A stretch of 64,000 nucleotides of DNA from Owenia fusiformis (Eukaryota): the NCBI GenBank assembly GCA_903813345.2, contig CAIIXF020000001.1:31434001-31498000 (forward strand), in the 5' to 3' direction. Each line of letters opens with the position of its first letter. Within the stretch, counting starts at the first letter, position 1. Positions 11,701-25,137 of this stretch are shown here, one piece after another. The position numbers were made by a program, and so were the translations under genes. The notes beneath the pieces were generated by a model. It searched no databases, was not told the origin of the DNA, and saw only the letters and a list, made by a program, of their open reading frames with translations.

Positions 11701-13799
11701 ATACGCCTCTGTTATAATCATGGACGTCTATCCCGGTCAGATTATTCCTGGTCAATCACCATGCTACATGCAGGTATATAAGCCATGCACACAGGTATGA
11801 AAAAATAACTGTCACAAGAAATGAAAACAAGCATTTTGGAAAGCAACTATAGGTCAAATATCAAAAATATATTTTAACAACAAAGCAACACAATAAACCG
11901 TTGAAAACGTCATTGATTAAAGAAGCACAGAAAGTAATTAGCTTAACTAAATATCTATAATCGTGCTTTAATAATCTATATGTATTTTTGCAAGAGTTTG
12001 TCCCCGTCTGCTAAGGTGATAATAGGGTTAAGACACACGTGGTTCTTTAGATAACTATTTCTCCCATTTGAACTGTTTACTTGGTCGATTGAGTATAAAG
12101 ACATACGGAAAACAGTCCCAGGTGAATATGAGAGTGGAACAGTATCCCCCGGGAACGAAATGTACACGCTCGGGTACAAGTTCTTAAAAACGTGTAACTT
12201 AACCTTCTTATAAAACCAAGCAAAGGAAATGTAAAGCTAGCTTTACATCGTGGAATCAACAACCTTTACCGTTTTTGGAATATGGAGACTCTCTCTTTCA
12301 AGCATTCTAGTGCATGGCTCTGATAAATCAGAATGCTAGCTCTAATAAATTAAAAATGTATAAACTTAAATACAGTACGCAAAATGCCTATCTAAAGATT
12401 AATTATTCGAAATGAATCTAGAGCTCGTCATCAAAATTGTCATCATCACCGTCAACAGACCAACGTCAACTATTTATGAATACCTGGAAGATAAATTAAA
12501 CCCTTAATTATTAACTTTAAGTGTTAACAATAAAACAAGAAACTGCATGCATAACATGAAGTATAAACACCCGGGTATAGACGCATTGTTGCTGTTGGGC
12601 GTCGAGGTAGCATTCACCAATTCAACTGACGGCTGACAGATTCACCAATTAGGCTATTTCATGTCCAACTCATTTAAATATGAATAGTGACGTCACTATT
12701 CCTTCATTTATGTTTAAAATGGCTTAAAACTAGGTTAAACCACCAGCTGGCATCCGGCAGGTGAATTCAACTACTCATTTAACTCATGAGTAGTACCTGC
12801 CATTATAAGTAATTCAGTTTACCACTGATAAAAAGTAGGTTAAACCACCAGCCGGCAACTGAATTCATGAATGCAACCGTAGTTCTGAATTATTTCTGAA
12901 CTGTTCCTGCTGAATCACATGATGCGTTTTACACCTTTCCTTGAGTAAAGACCCCCGCCCTTCTTTACGTCGTGCCTTCCTCGCATGTGTCCATGTATAA
13001 CCCCAAAATTCACATGTCCGTCACCTGTAAAAAGAATATAATATCATTTAGCAGATGAGATATCAAACGGTGACTGAGACATCAAATGTTCTAACCATGG
13101 GCCGAGATTAAATATTGTAGTTGCTTAAAATTATATATGATGGGGCATGCAGGCTCAATTAATGTGGGACGGGTATATATTTTAAAATCAATAACAATAA
13201 CAAAAATTAAAATAGCTGTCAGAGTGTCACATTCGCTATATGGGCTCACCTTTCGCCACTATGGGCTCACCTTTCGCCACTGAGTGGTTATTTCGGGCAT
13301 ACATTTTTTAATTAATTATTTTTTAATTTGGTGTGACTGGATATATTTTGCTGTTAAACTATTTGTTTTGCCCATCGTGTAAGCTATACACGCCGTGTCC
13401 CGCTGTCTGCCCCAGCAAAGTATTCACATGTTGTCGAACGATGAGCCCATATGTCATAAGTGTGATAGCTCCATAATAATAATGGTTTGTTTTAAACGTT
13501 AAAAATACTCAAACATGTCTAAAATGAAATATCATGACTTGAAACCAGAGGCCTTGTTTTAAATACTGTACATTGTATTAACGTTTAATGCTATTTATAG
13601 TATGACACATGTACTTTGGTATATTCTAAACATAATGGTTGGAGTGAAAAAAATCATATTTTCGTATATTTCTGTTTACCTGAAAAGAATATCGAAATGT
13701 ATCATTGCATTACACAATGCGTTGCTTGCAAACATAAGTGAACCTTTAAATTCGACAGACAGTTAACTGTTATTAATTTCATTTAAATCTGTAAAAACG

Positions 13800-15680
13800 T
13801 CTTGAGTTATTTTATAGATTTATTTGTAAAACTGCCTGGGAATCCCGGGCTGGGAATGCATTGAATGTCGTGAATTACTACAGTCTCAATACTTTTCCGA
13901 ACCAATGCAAAAATAAAAAAAATATTATGTACTTGTCAATACAGACGAGTGTATCATACAATGCCAATGTATGTGCATGGCGAACTGGTTCCCCTGTAAG
14001 TATCCGCCCTATTCAATTGAGTTATTTCATAGATTTACTTGAGAAATTGCCCGGGAACTGAATGTCATGAATTACTACAAATCTCAATACCTCCCCGAAA
14101 TCAATGTATCAAGTGTCCAACCTGTTCAATTGAGTTATTTCATAAATTTATTTCTAATTGAAAGCCCGTGGTAAAACTGTCATTGGAATTAAATGTCATG
14201 AATTTCTACAGTCTCAAAAACCAATGAAAAAAATGTACTTGTCAATACAGTGTATCATACAACGCCACTGTATGTGCAATGGCGAACTGGTTCCCCTGTA
14301 AGCATCCGCTCTGTTCAATTGAATTATTTCAGTGATTTATTTGTGAAATTGCCCGGGAACTGAATGTCATGAATTACTACAAATCTCAATACTTCCCCGA
14401 AATCAATGTATCAAGCGTCCGCCCTGTTCAAATGAGTTATTTCATAGATTTATTTGTAAAACTGCCTTGGAATTGAATGTCATGAATTACTACAGTCTCA
14501 ACACTTTTCCAATACCAATGCAAAAATATAAAATATTATGTACTTGTCAATACAGTTAACGCCCCTGTATGTACATGGCGAACTGGTTCCCCTGTAAGCA
14601 TCCGCCCTGTTCCTGAATTGAGTTATTTCATATAGGCCTATTTATTTTGTGAAACTGCCCGGGAACTGAATGTCATGAATTACTAATCTCAATACTTTTT
14701 CGAAACCAATGAAAAAATATAAAATATCGTGTACTTGTCAATACAGTAGTGGTGTATCATACAACACCATTGTATGTGCATGGCGAACTGGTTCCCCTGT
14801 AAGCGTCCGCCCTGCTCAATTGAGTTATTTCATAGATTTATTTGTGCAACTGCCCGGGAACTGAATGTCATGAATTACTACAAATCTCAATACTTCCCCG
14901 AAATCAATGTATCAAGCGTCCACCCTGTTCAATTGAGTTATTTCATAGATTTATTTGTAAAACTGCCTGGGAATTGAATGTCATGAATTACAACAGTCTC
15001 AACACTTTTCCTCAATACAGTGTATCATACAACGCCCCTGTATGTGTATGGCGAACTGGTTCCCCTGTAAGCATCCGCCCTGTTCCTGAATTGAGTTATT
15101 TCATATAGGCCTATTTATTTTGTGAAACTGCCCGGGAACTGAATCTCATGAATTACTAATCTCAATACTTTTCCGAAACCAATGCAAAAATATATAACAT
15201 TATGTACTTGTCAATACAGTGTAACATACAGCGCCACTGTATGTGCATGGCGAACTGTTTCCCCTGTAAGCACCCGCCCTGTTCAATTGAGTTATTTCAT
15301 TGATTTATTTGTGAAATTGCACGGGAACTGAACGTCATGATTGAATTACTACAAATCTCAATACTTCCCCGAAATCAATGTATCAAGCGTCTGCCCCGTT
15401 CAATTGAGTTATTTCATGTAGGCATATTTATTTTGTAAAACTGCCCGGGGACTGATTGTCATGAATTACTAAAAATCTCAATACATTTCAAAAACCAATG
15501 CAAAAATATAAAATACTATGTACTTGTCAATACATTAGTAGTGTATCATACAACGCCATTGTAGGTGCATGGCGAACTGGTTCCCTTGTAAGCATCGGCC
15601 ATGTTCAATTGAGTTATTTTATATAGGCCTATTTGGTCATAAATTACTACAAATCTCAATACTTTTCCGAAGTCGAGTTA
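13800..15680. repeat. Complex tandem repeat of interleaved ~110-170-bp subunits
   Basis: Recurring GAACTGAATGTCATGAATTACTACAAATCTCAATAC and TGGCGAACTGGTTCCCCTGTAAG. Confidence 0.9.
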
Positions 15681-16579
15681 TTTCATATTTCAAGAGAAAG
15701 CCACATGCTTTACTGACCTGAATGTTTATGTCGGTAATTTTGACCAATAGCGCGCTCAATGTCTATATTTAGATTATAAACGCACGGGATAATGCTCTTG
15801 TTGATTTTACTCCAATCAGCAAGTTAGCATTTGAACCTTTGATAATATCATTGTGGGATGTCCTACCTCACTTCACTTTCATCTAGGAAAATTTAAAACG
15901 ACCCTCGCAAAATCGATAAACGTTTTATTTCTAAATATAATCGAAAGTAATTTGAATAAGTTAAACCAAGTTAATTTAATATCAGGGAGTTGATGACTGT
16001 TCAGTTCACATATAAACACTTATAGTTAAGATATGCTGTAAAAAGATAATGAAAAGTAATTATGTTTTTGGTGAATGCAGTTTATTTGTAAGGGAGATAC
16101 CTGGATTTGCAGACTTGTCAACATTTGCTCTAAGGACGATATTAAGACGAACATGTATTCAGAGATTCATACCATGATGATATTCCTGCGATCTGTACTG
16201 CTTGATCTTATTATTAATTGAATTTAATTCGAGCAATTTCTGCAAATAACATTGGTACATTTTCGTTAAACGTAAATTATCTATTCAAGAAGTTCGTTAG
16301 CATTTCTTTCACCGTTTTTTATTGGTTTTCCCCTGAAGTCAGTCTTGGCAATGAAGCTCAGTACACAAAGCAAGCATCTTGTTTTATCTTGTTTTTCAGT
16401 ATTAGGAGTAGCCAGAATTTTCCAAGAGGTGGGGGTGACTTTACCAACAAATTCTAGGGGGGGGGGGTTCACTTTAGCAAATTTGGCCAAAATCACTCAA
16501 AAATAGGAAAAACTTCATGATTTTGAAATAAATTTTGGCCAGCGGGGGTTTAGGCACCCCTTGGCTACGGACCTGGGAG

Positions 16580-17045
16580 TATAATTTCCCGAAATCATTG
16601 CAAAAATATAAAATATTATATACATATTGTAGGCTACTTTACAGAATTTACAAGTACATACAATATCATACAACTACTGTATGTGCATCCCGGGATGGGC
16701 ATGGCGAACTGGTTCCCCTGTAAAGCATCCGCCATGTTCTGTTGAGTATTTTGTTAAACTACCCAGGAACTGAATGTCGTGAATTACTACAAATCTCAAT
16801 ACTTTTCCGAAATCAATGCATTATCCGCTGGTACACTGTACATATTGTAGGCTACTTTACAGAACTTGTACAATATCATACAACGCTACTGTATGTGCAT
16901 CCCGGGATGTGCATGGCGAACTGGTTCCCCTGTAAAGCATCCGCCATGTCCTGTTGAGTTCTTTCAAGTATTTTGTTAAACTATCTGGGAATAGAATGTC
17001 ATGAATTACTACAAATCTCAATACTTTCCCGAAATCAATGCAAAA
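16580..17045. repeat. Two further diverged copies of the 13.8-15.7 kb repeat family
   Basis: GCATGGCGAACTGGTTCCCCTGTAAAGCATCCGCC near 16700 and 16910. Confidence 0.85.
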
Positions 17046-17277
17046 GTTAATGACTTTTCCATGTTGTGGGGGTGTGTAAATCAAAATTGCGTTAATAAAT
17101 GCGTTAATAAATCTTTCTTTTCTTTTTCAATATGATTTTTGTAAATGTTATTAAAATAAAATTAGATATTGTAGGCCTGTATATGCACCTGCTGCAATTA
17201 CTGGCCAGATAAACACATGCAATGCAACTGACATGTCAGTGATATGTCAGTTGTCAACTCCTCTCTAGTATATATAA

Positions 17278-17511
17278 ATGTCCTATGCCAGGCATCATTC
17301 ATCATTTTGTGAGAGTAGAGCAGAACACTACATCACGGTACGTCTGCATCGAATACCCACTCCTGTTCGCCAACGTATTCTTAACATTTATGGGAGAGGG
17401 TACAATCAAGTACAAATAAAACAAATTCTACAAGATGAGGACAAGGTACAATTCTCAAGACAGGCTATTAACTTTTTCCTGCGTTGGTACCAGGAAACTG
17501 GTATTAGGTAG
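17278..17511 (+). pseudogene. Isolated N-terminal helix-turn-helix of a Tc1/IS630-type transposase
   Basis: RQRILNIYGRGYNQVQIKQILQDEDKVQFSRQAINFFLRWYQETG resembles a paired-like HTH ending in Y.ETG; no DDE domain was found downstream. Confidence 0.5.
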
Positions 17512-17539
17512 TTTAAGCTTGAAATGTTTTTCACAACCT

Positions 17540-18560
17540 AAACGTGTTGTGCTGGTCGAGTAGCGGGTTGTGCCCAGTAGGATGAGGTTTCTGATTATGT
17601 CAGATTGTGTTGTGTGATTGGTGATGTTTCCAGAGAGTGATCGCTTGTTGGTTGTGTTGTGTTGGTCTGTTGTTTGGTTGTGTGTTAATTTGATAGTCGA
17701 TTGTGTTTTAGTTCTTGTTTGTCTGGTTGAGCCTGGTTGTGTTGTGTAAGTTTGGTAGTTGTTTCTCATTAAGTCATGTTAATTTCAAAGTAGTTGTGTT
17801 ATGTTGTGATTATGTTGTGATTATGTTGTGCTGGTCGAGTAGCGGGTTGTGTCCAGTAGGATGAGGTTTCTGGTTGTGTCAGATTGCGTTGTGTGATTGG
17901 TGTTGTTTCCAGAGAGTGGTCGTCTCGTTGGCTTTGTTGTGCTGGTTTGTTGTTTGGTTGTGCTTGATTGTGTTAGTTCGATAGTCGATTGTGTTTTGGT
18001 GGTTGTTTGTATGGTTGCGTCTAGTTGGGCTGTGTTAGTTTGTTATCAGGTTGTGTCTCATTAGTTATGTAAACTTCAAATTGGTTGTGTTATGTTGTGA
18101 TTGTGTTGTGCTGGTCGAGTAGCGGGTTGTGCCCAGTAGGATGAGGTATCTAGTTGTGTCAGATTGCGTTGTGTGATTGGTGTTGTTTCCAGAGAGGTGG
18201 TCGTCTCGTTGGCATTGTATGTTGCTTTGTTTATTGGTTGTGCTCGATTGAGTTAGTTTGTTAGTCGATTGTGTTTTGGTGGTTGTTTGTATGGTTGAGC
18301 CTGGTTGGGCTGTGTAAGTTTGGTATCGAGTTGTGTCTCATTAAGCTATGTAAATTTCAAATTGGCTGTGTTATGTTGTGATTGTGTTGTGCTGGTCGAG
18401 TAGCGGGTTGTGCCCGGTAGGATGAGGTATCTGGTTGAGATAGACTGTGTTGTGTGATTGGTGTTGTTTTCAGAGAGTGTTGGTTGGGTGTTTTGGTATT
18501 CCATTTGGTTCTGTCTGATTGTGTTTTGTGTTGATTTGTGCAAAATTGTGTTGTGCCCTT
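17540..18560. repeat. G/T-rich tandem repeat, ~3.5 copies of ~280 bp
   Basis: GTGTTGTGCTGGTCGAGTAGCGGGTTGTG at about 17544, 17824, 18103 and 18385. Confidence 0.9.
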
Positions 18561-21375
18561 CTCTACATAAATGACGATAGGAAATGACATACCAATGCCA
18601 TAGCCCTAGGATCAACCAAATATACTCTACCTGTCACATAAGTACTGATTGTGGTTTGGGGAAGCTAAGCTACTAGACCTTGTATCCAGGCCCCCCGACC
18701 GAGACCTCTCACTATTAACACAGATTGCATGACATGTGCGTGTTTATACGGGTGATGTCTCAAGACATTAGAGAATTTTCGTTATAAGTTTTTTAAAAAC
18801 TTACACGTATACTTATACTTATAAACCCAATAAACAAGGTGTTTCATAATTTCCTAATTCGTCGGGAAATATCTCCTAGGACGGTAATAAAAAGAACCAA
18901 TGGCATACCATCCGTACCCCTTGATGTAAAGCATGTTAAGTTGTGTCATATGTCTGTATGTGTTTTCTAGAATCAAATAGGCTGATATAGCACACGGGTT
19001 TTACAGATTTATCTACTCTCAGATATATTTTTTGAAGATGATCGTTTTGAATCACCTTGTAGAAATAACGAAGGGAGAATTAGTTCAGCTAATGAATGAG
19101 TCGAGCTGTTTGATTGGATACTATGCCTATTCAGCCGATTAATTTTAATAAGCCATTCTGGTCATTAGGTCCACACATATACTATGCGGAGATCCAACTC
19201 TGTAAGTTTATAATCTGCGTTTTAAGGTCCTTTTATACGTAAAAACTTAAAAATTGACCTTATAATTTCATGAGAACTTTGAAATGAACGACTCGTTCGT
19301 GTAGTGATTCACTTTAAAGGGTCTTGTTTATCGTACACTACAAGGACCCGTCAACTAGCGTTTAGTTTATCGTGTTCATAATTGACACTAGCAAAGGACA
19401 TTGTATTCGCAGTCCCTAGTTGATGATGGAGCTTGACTATATCGGGAATAGTTATGCCCCACTTGGTACAGATTATGAAAATCAATTTGAATTGATTTTA
19501 GTTCGACAAGACCCTTTAAACTATAAGTATACGTATAAGTTTTTGAAACAACTTATAACGAAAATTCTCTATTGTCTAAGTCACCACTCCCGAAAACTAT
19601 GTTATTACGGCTGTCTCCATTAGCCATAAGGATAAACACATAATAAGTGAATAACCTGAGTACAAAAACCGTCGGGCTATGTCCCATTGCCCAGCTTATG
19701 GACAACTACCAATTATATTTCATTTCACAAACGATCGGACACATTTTTTGTAGTAGAAGGACTATACCATCTCACCACACTCGGTGTTCCAAACATTTCT
19801 TTTCAGCGTGCCGAATATATATTCAACAATCTTTTTCTGCCGACCCGGCAATACAAAAATATATACACTTTATAAACCTTTGGAGATAAACACTCACTCC
19901 GATTCATACTTTAAAAACAACGCATTTACTCACAAACGACCAACCAAACCAGGTTTCCCCAATCGGGAACCCTATTCAGAATAAACAACCCATTCTTAAA
20001 GAACAATGGAAATAAAACACAAACATATACAACAAACTATCTAACACATTACCCGTGCATCATATAAAACACATTTCAACAAACAAAACAAACGAAACAA
20101 ATTTTAACAAACAAACCGACCATATCGTGATACAATTAACCAAAACGCATACACCATCCCGACAAAACACAAACAGGATAATCAAAACATAATGAAATCA
20201 CAAGAAGACAGCCTCCAAATTCAAGTTAATATCTCAACAACAAGAGATGCTACTATCATAACAAACACACCGAAATAAAGTTTAGACATGACACTACACA
20301 CCCAAACCGTTGAAAAACAACTTACCTACCATTTACTTACCAAAAAACGCCACAAAACAAACACGAAATTTACAACCCAAAATACCACAAAACTCCGATA
20401 AAACCAAAATACAACCAATCGCGAACAAGCTAACAACTCCCCCAACGCACACATCGTATCAAAATAAAAACACCTCGCCATAAAGGGTAAACAACAAACC
20501 AAACAAACAAAACAAATTAAAAGAAACAAACTGACCGCAACTTGATGCAATTAATCAATACGCTACACGATCCCGACAAACCACAAACACAGGATAATCA
20601 AAACATAATGAAATCACGGGAAGACAGCCTCCAAAACCAAATTAATATCTCAACAACAAGAGATGCTACTACCATAACACACACACCAAAATGAACCTCA
20701 GACATGACACTACACACCCAAACCATTGAAAAACAACTTAGCCACCACATAGATACCACAAACGCCGCCAAACATACACGAAATTTACGAACCAAAATAA
20801 TGCAAAACTTCGATAAAGCCAAAATACAACCCAGCACGTCGAAATAGATCCCCTAGTCAAGTTAATATCTTGACAATAAGATATACTACCACCACTACAC
20901 ACAGACCAACACGTAGCTCAAACACCAGACTAAACACCCAAACCTTTAACAAACGGGGAACCCACCACAAACTCACACTACACACATCCAAATGCTACTA
21001 AAGACGAACGAATTTACAACTCTTCCAATATATCTACCATCAACATAAAAGATTCACCACCATACATGAAACTTAAACACAAAACCAAAACCACAACTTT
21101 TCTTAACCAAAAATTATCTCTAACACAACTGAATGATCGGGATGTCCAGCCTATCTCTACATTAATGAAGACTGCAGGAAATGACACACAGATGTCATAA
21201 CCCTAGGATCAACCAATCTACCTGTCACATAAATACTGACGGTGGTTTGGGGAAGCTTAGCTACTAGACCTTGTCTCCCAGACCCCTCGACCGAGACCTC
21301 TCACCATTAACACAGACTGCATGACATGTGCGGGTGATGTCTCAAGCCATTGTCGAAGTCACCACTCCCGAAAAC
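18561..21375. repeat. ~220-bp direct repeats (18561-19597 minus the MITE; 21155-21375) flanking a C/A-rich internally duplicated region
   Basis: Both copies share CCCTAGGATCAACCAA..TTTGGGGAAGCT.AGCTACTAGACCTTG..CGGGTGATGTCTCAAG..GTCACCACTCCCGAAAAC. Confidence 0.85.
18770..19570. mobile_element. MITE with 3-bp TSD ATT (Harbinger/ISL2EU-like)
   Basis: TIR AGAGAATTTTCGTTATAAGTT with ATT on both sides. The empty site is visible in the second direct-repeat copy (CAAGCCATTGTC near 21345). Confidence 0.85.
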
Positions 21376-22096
21376 CAGCCTGGCGCAAGAGTTTAATTTG
21401 TCATTTCAGGACGAAATTTTCAGAATTCACGATGTAGATACGCTAACGCGTGGCCTTTTTTGATGAAAACAATTTCATTGGTAAATAGTTGTTATTGTTC
21501 GCATGCAGTATCTGTTAATTTCATGTAAATTCATCGCATTGATTAAATTCAGGATCCAATAAATATATGTGCATTTATACTGTACTGTGGTTAAATGGGA
21601 ACAGATGATTCAAAAAGCATTTTGAAAAACACTTTGTTAAATTATTTGTTTTCGTCTAAAGCGACTCATTTAGAGTCTTATAAATTGTATAATATAATGT
21701 GATGTACATGGGGAGCAAACATCTACATTCATCAGATGTTTATCGGGATGAGGAAGAGAGCTAAATATCCTCTGGAAATGAAAGATCGTGTAATTTAACG
21801 TTGAAAGATAATAATGGTTTTAAACCTGATTTACCATTCGTCCATCGGGTAAGTAAATGGAATCTAAAACACTTAACTACATGAAATTATAATGTGGCGT
21901 CCGTGCAACGAATGGTGAGCGAAAGCTACGCGAATAAACCAACTCCGCTGTACATATGAAATCACCCCGCGATGAGCTTGAAGCGCACTCGTGACGCGCC
22001 CGCGGTGACCACGAAAAGCGTTCGAGTTGACCACGAAATTCGGGCGGCATGCCGACGACATGGCATGGTGTAAGGCGTGCCATTAGACGTACTGTA

Positions 22097-24035
22097 CCAG
22101 GTCGTTCAATAAGTTCTCATAATTTTGCTCTCATTTTAAGAGTTTTTTATATTTTTCCATGAAAATTTTACAGACGATGCAGAATGTATCTGTGTAACAA
22201 CCCTGCAAAAATTAAGTTTTAATTCTAATGGTCGTGAAAATGGCGGTTGTTATAGTAACATGAAAAATGGGTAGGCGGGGCAGATTATTTGATGTCATAG
22301 TGGCATATAATTCAGTTCAACATTGTGGAGAGTAACAAGTGTTTTAATGTCATGTAGTCCCATTTATCCCATGAAATAGTATGGGGTAAATGTTTCTATT
22401 CCTACTTTAAATGCTCAAAATAATGTCCATTGGATGCGACACACTTTCGATGACGTTCTACCCAATCCTGGAAGATTTTATGGAATCCATCAGGAAATCT
22501 AGCTCTGAGAGCATTTTGGACTGCATTCTGCAAATCTTCTTTCGATGCAAATCGAAAACCTCTCAGCTCATCTTTCATTGGGCCAAACACGCCAAAGTCG
22601 CATGGGGCTTCATCAGGTGAATATGGTGCCTGTGGGAGAACTTCCATTCCGAGTTCTCCTATGGTGTTCAGTACAACTTCTGCCCGGTGACACGGGGCAT
22701 TATCCTGATGAAATATTCTTGTCGCCAACTCTAGGAGGGGGCGTTTCTTTGAGAAGGCCCGTTTGAGATGCCTCTTGAGAACCTGAAATAGTCAGTAGGA
22801 TAGGATACTAATGCCTTTAACATTTGTACTTAACCATTTTTATAGTTCAAATCTGATTTTAAATTTGATTTGATTTAATGTTTTTACTCTTATATTGATT
22901 AATTAATTAATAATGAATAAGCTTACCATTGCATAATAGTCCTTGTTTATTCTCTGACCATCAGGAATTGCATGCGTAAGCAGCACCCCAGAGCTATCCA
23001 AAAACACAATGAACATCACCTTGCCGTCATTTTTGGTCAGTTTTGCCAGGGTTGAAATGGGAGTAGGTGAGTTCTTAGTTCTCCAACCACTTGATGCTCT
23101 CTTCCCAAGGGGCTCATAATAGCTGACGTACACCTCGTCGCATGTGATAATTCGTTGAAGAAAACTATCCCCTTCATCTTGGTATCGTCTTAGAAATTCT
23201 TGGGAAACCTCAACTCTGCGGGCTCTCTGGTCACTAGTTAACTCCTTTGGCACCCATTTAGCACACATGAGGTTCATTTTAAGCTTCTCTTTCAGAATGA
23301 AGTGTGTTCTACCTATACTAATGTTCACATTCTCACTAAGTTCCCGTACAGAGATGCGGCGATCATCATCTAGAACTGTCTTAACTCTTTCAACAGCCTT
23401 TGGGTTGGTGACTTTTACCGGTCTGCCAGTCCGTTTTTCATCCATCACAGATTTTCTTCCCTCTGAACCAAACCTTTGATACCATTGGTATATGGTAGGT
23501 GTGCTCATTAACTCCTTTCCATAAATATCTTGAACTGCTTTTATTGTTTCTCCTCTTGATTTCTTGGATAACACACAAAATCTTATCACACTACGGATTT
23601 GAATTTGAATTTCATCTTGACTTTTCACAAGACCACAGTCAGCTGCCATCTTGGGTCTCTCTATTGAAACCTTTTCTGTGATGTCATACCTTTTTATGTG
23701 ATGTCACAGTAATAACTATACTCAGAAAAGTTGCATCTTTCACACTGATGTCAAAACCTGTTTCTATGGTTGCAAATCTTTCAGATAAAACATATGACAT
23801 TTCAAGATGAAATCTAACTACATCCATGGATTTTACGATCAAATAAAGTTGCCCCGCCTACCGATTTTTGACGTTACTATAGCAACCGCCATTTCCACAA
23901 CCATTAGAATTAATACATAATCTTTGCAGAGTTGTTACACAGATACATTCTGCATCGTCTGTAAAATTTTCATGGAAAAATATAAAAAACTCTTAAAATG
24001 AGAGCAAAATTATGAGAACTTATTGAACGACCTGG
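22097..24035 (-). mobile_element. Full-length mariner (DD34D) element, ~185-bp TIRs, TA TSD
   Basis: TA|CCAGGTCGTTCAATAAG...CTTATTGAACGACCTGG|TA; the outer ~100 bp of the TIRs are identical. Confidence 0.95.
22402..23649 (-). CDS. Mariner transposase, 367 aa, two exons (23649-22927; 22782-22402)
   Basis: WVPKEL, TCDE, HQDNAPCH and YSPDEAPCD motifs, with 34 residues between the last two catalytic Asp. A 144-bp intron (ATG|gtaagc...tttcag|GTT) joins the two ORFs in frame. Confidence 0.92.
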
Positions 24036-24149
24036 TACATGTAAACTAAACTTGTTCTGTGTCCAAGTTCTTGTAAATAAAGTTCATGAATGTCGACTTA
24101 TTCTCAACTAATATGGCCAATATGGCTAATTTAAAGTTTCAACTTGCAG

Positions 24150-24317
24150 GTTGTTGGTCAAACTGGGCTTCTTGGAGTGAGAGTTGCCCTTCTTGCCCTA
24201 TCTGTGGTCGAGGCTCAGTTATATGCACACATACTAGGACTAGACAAGGACAAAAATGTGCACCAAATGTTCAATTACAAACTGAAGTTTCAACCAAAAC
24301 ATGTTTATCACCTCCAT
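24150..24317 (+). CDS. Gene 1 TSR-like exon A4
   Basis: ttgcag|..T|gtaagc; CWSNWASWSESCPSCPICGRGSVICTHTRTRQGQKCAPNVQLQTEVSTKTCLSPP. Confidence 0.9.
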
Positions 24318-24631
24318 GTAAGCAACGCGTTCTACTTTTTTATTAGAAAAATGTAAATATCCTAACCCCCCCCCCCCTCCTCTCAATTCATATGAATTGG
24401 TGATTAGAGATGAATTGCATTCCCTGACATGTTTCATAATAACAGAAAATCTTGTTTATTCTTCTTTACTAGTAAACATTGTAAAATCAAGATGTCCATT
24501 TGGTTATAAGTTCATCTAGATGTTAAATTCGCAGGCTGTGTAAGGTCAAACTTGGCTAACTGAAAAATCTTGTTCATTGTTATTTACCAGTACCAGTGGT
24601 TTTGAATTAATGGTATATGCTCAATCTGCAG

Positions 24632-24802
24632 GCTGTGAATGGTCAAACTGGGCTACTTGGAGCGAGAATTGCCCATCTTGCCCTCCGTCTTGTGGCGGAG
24701 AATCTGTTACTTGTACCCGTACTAGGACCAGACAAGGGCCATATTGCACACCAAAATCTCAATCAAAGAGTGAAACATCAACCAAAATATGTCCTATGAT
24801 AT
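24632..24802 (+). CDS. Gene 1 TSR-like exon B4
   Basis: ctgcag|..T|gtaaga; CEWSNWATWSENCPSCPPSCGGESVTCTRTRTRQGPYCTPKSQSKSETSTKICPMI. Confidence 0.9.
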
Positions 24803-25137
24803 GTAAGATGTGTTGCATTACATTATAATCTGTAAAATAAAGACAACGTTTGTTTCAACTACATGAGATATGGAAATGCGAGTACACAATACATGTGTTC
24901 TTTATTACTTAGAGGCAGAATCAGATATATAGGGGATGACAAAATTGCAATTAACATTTACCATTAGCCCACAAATTAATAGTACATATTGTTTATTTAT
25001 ATGATAAGGGCCTTCATTTCCATAATATCTCGTACGTTCCGAGAATGTCGTTCATTCTTTCTTCACACTATTCTATACAGTCGACGTATACTCTACTGAG
25101 ATAGTCTAAATTGCTTATATAAAGTATCAATTTGCAG

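Larger units (their letters stand above)
5844..22094. mobile_element. 16.25-kb TA-flanked insertion with CAGT..ACTG ends (large non-autonomous Tc1/mariner-superfamily-like element, composite)
   Basis: The intron sequence GTTTAATG-TA-CATGTAAAC is split: its left half ends at TA 5842-5843 and it resumes at TA 24036-24037. Ends are CAGTCCATCT and (rc) CAGTACGTCT, an 8/10 match. Both subterminal ~200 bp are CpG-rich. Confidence 0.6.

Noticed and set aside
17455..20837. Thr/Gln/Asn-rich and Val/Phe-rich ORFs
   Set aside because: Artefacts of strand-biased tandem repeats.
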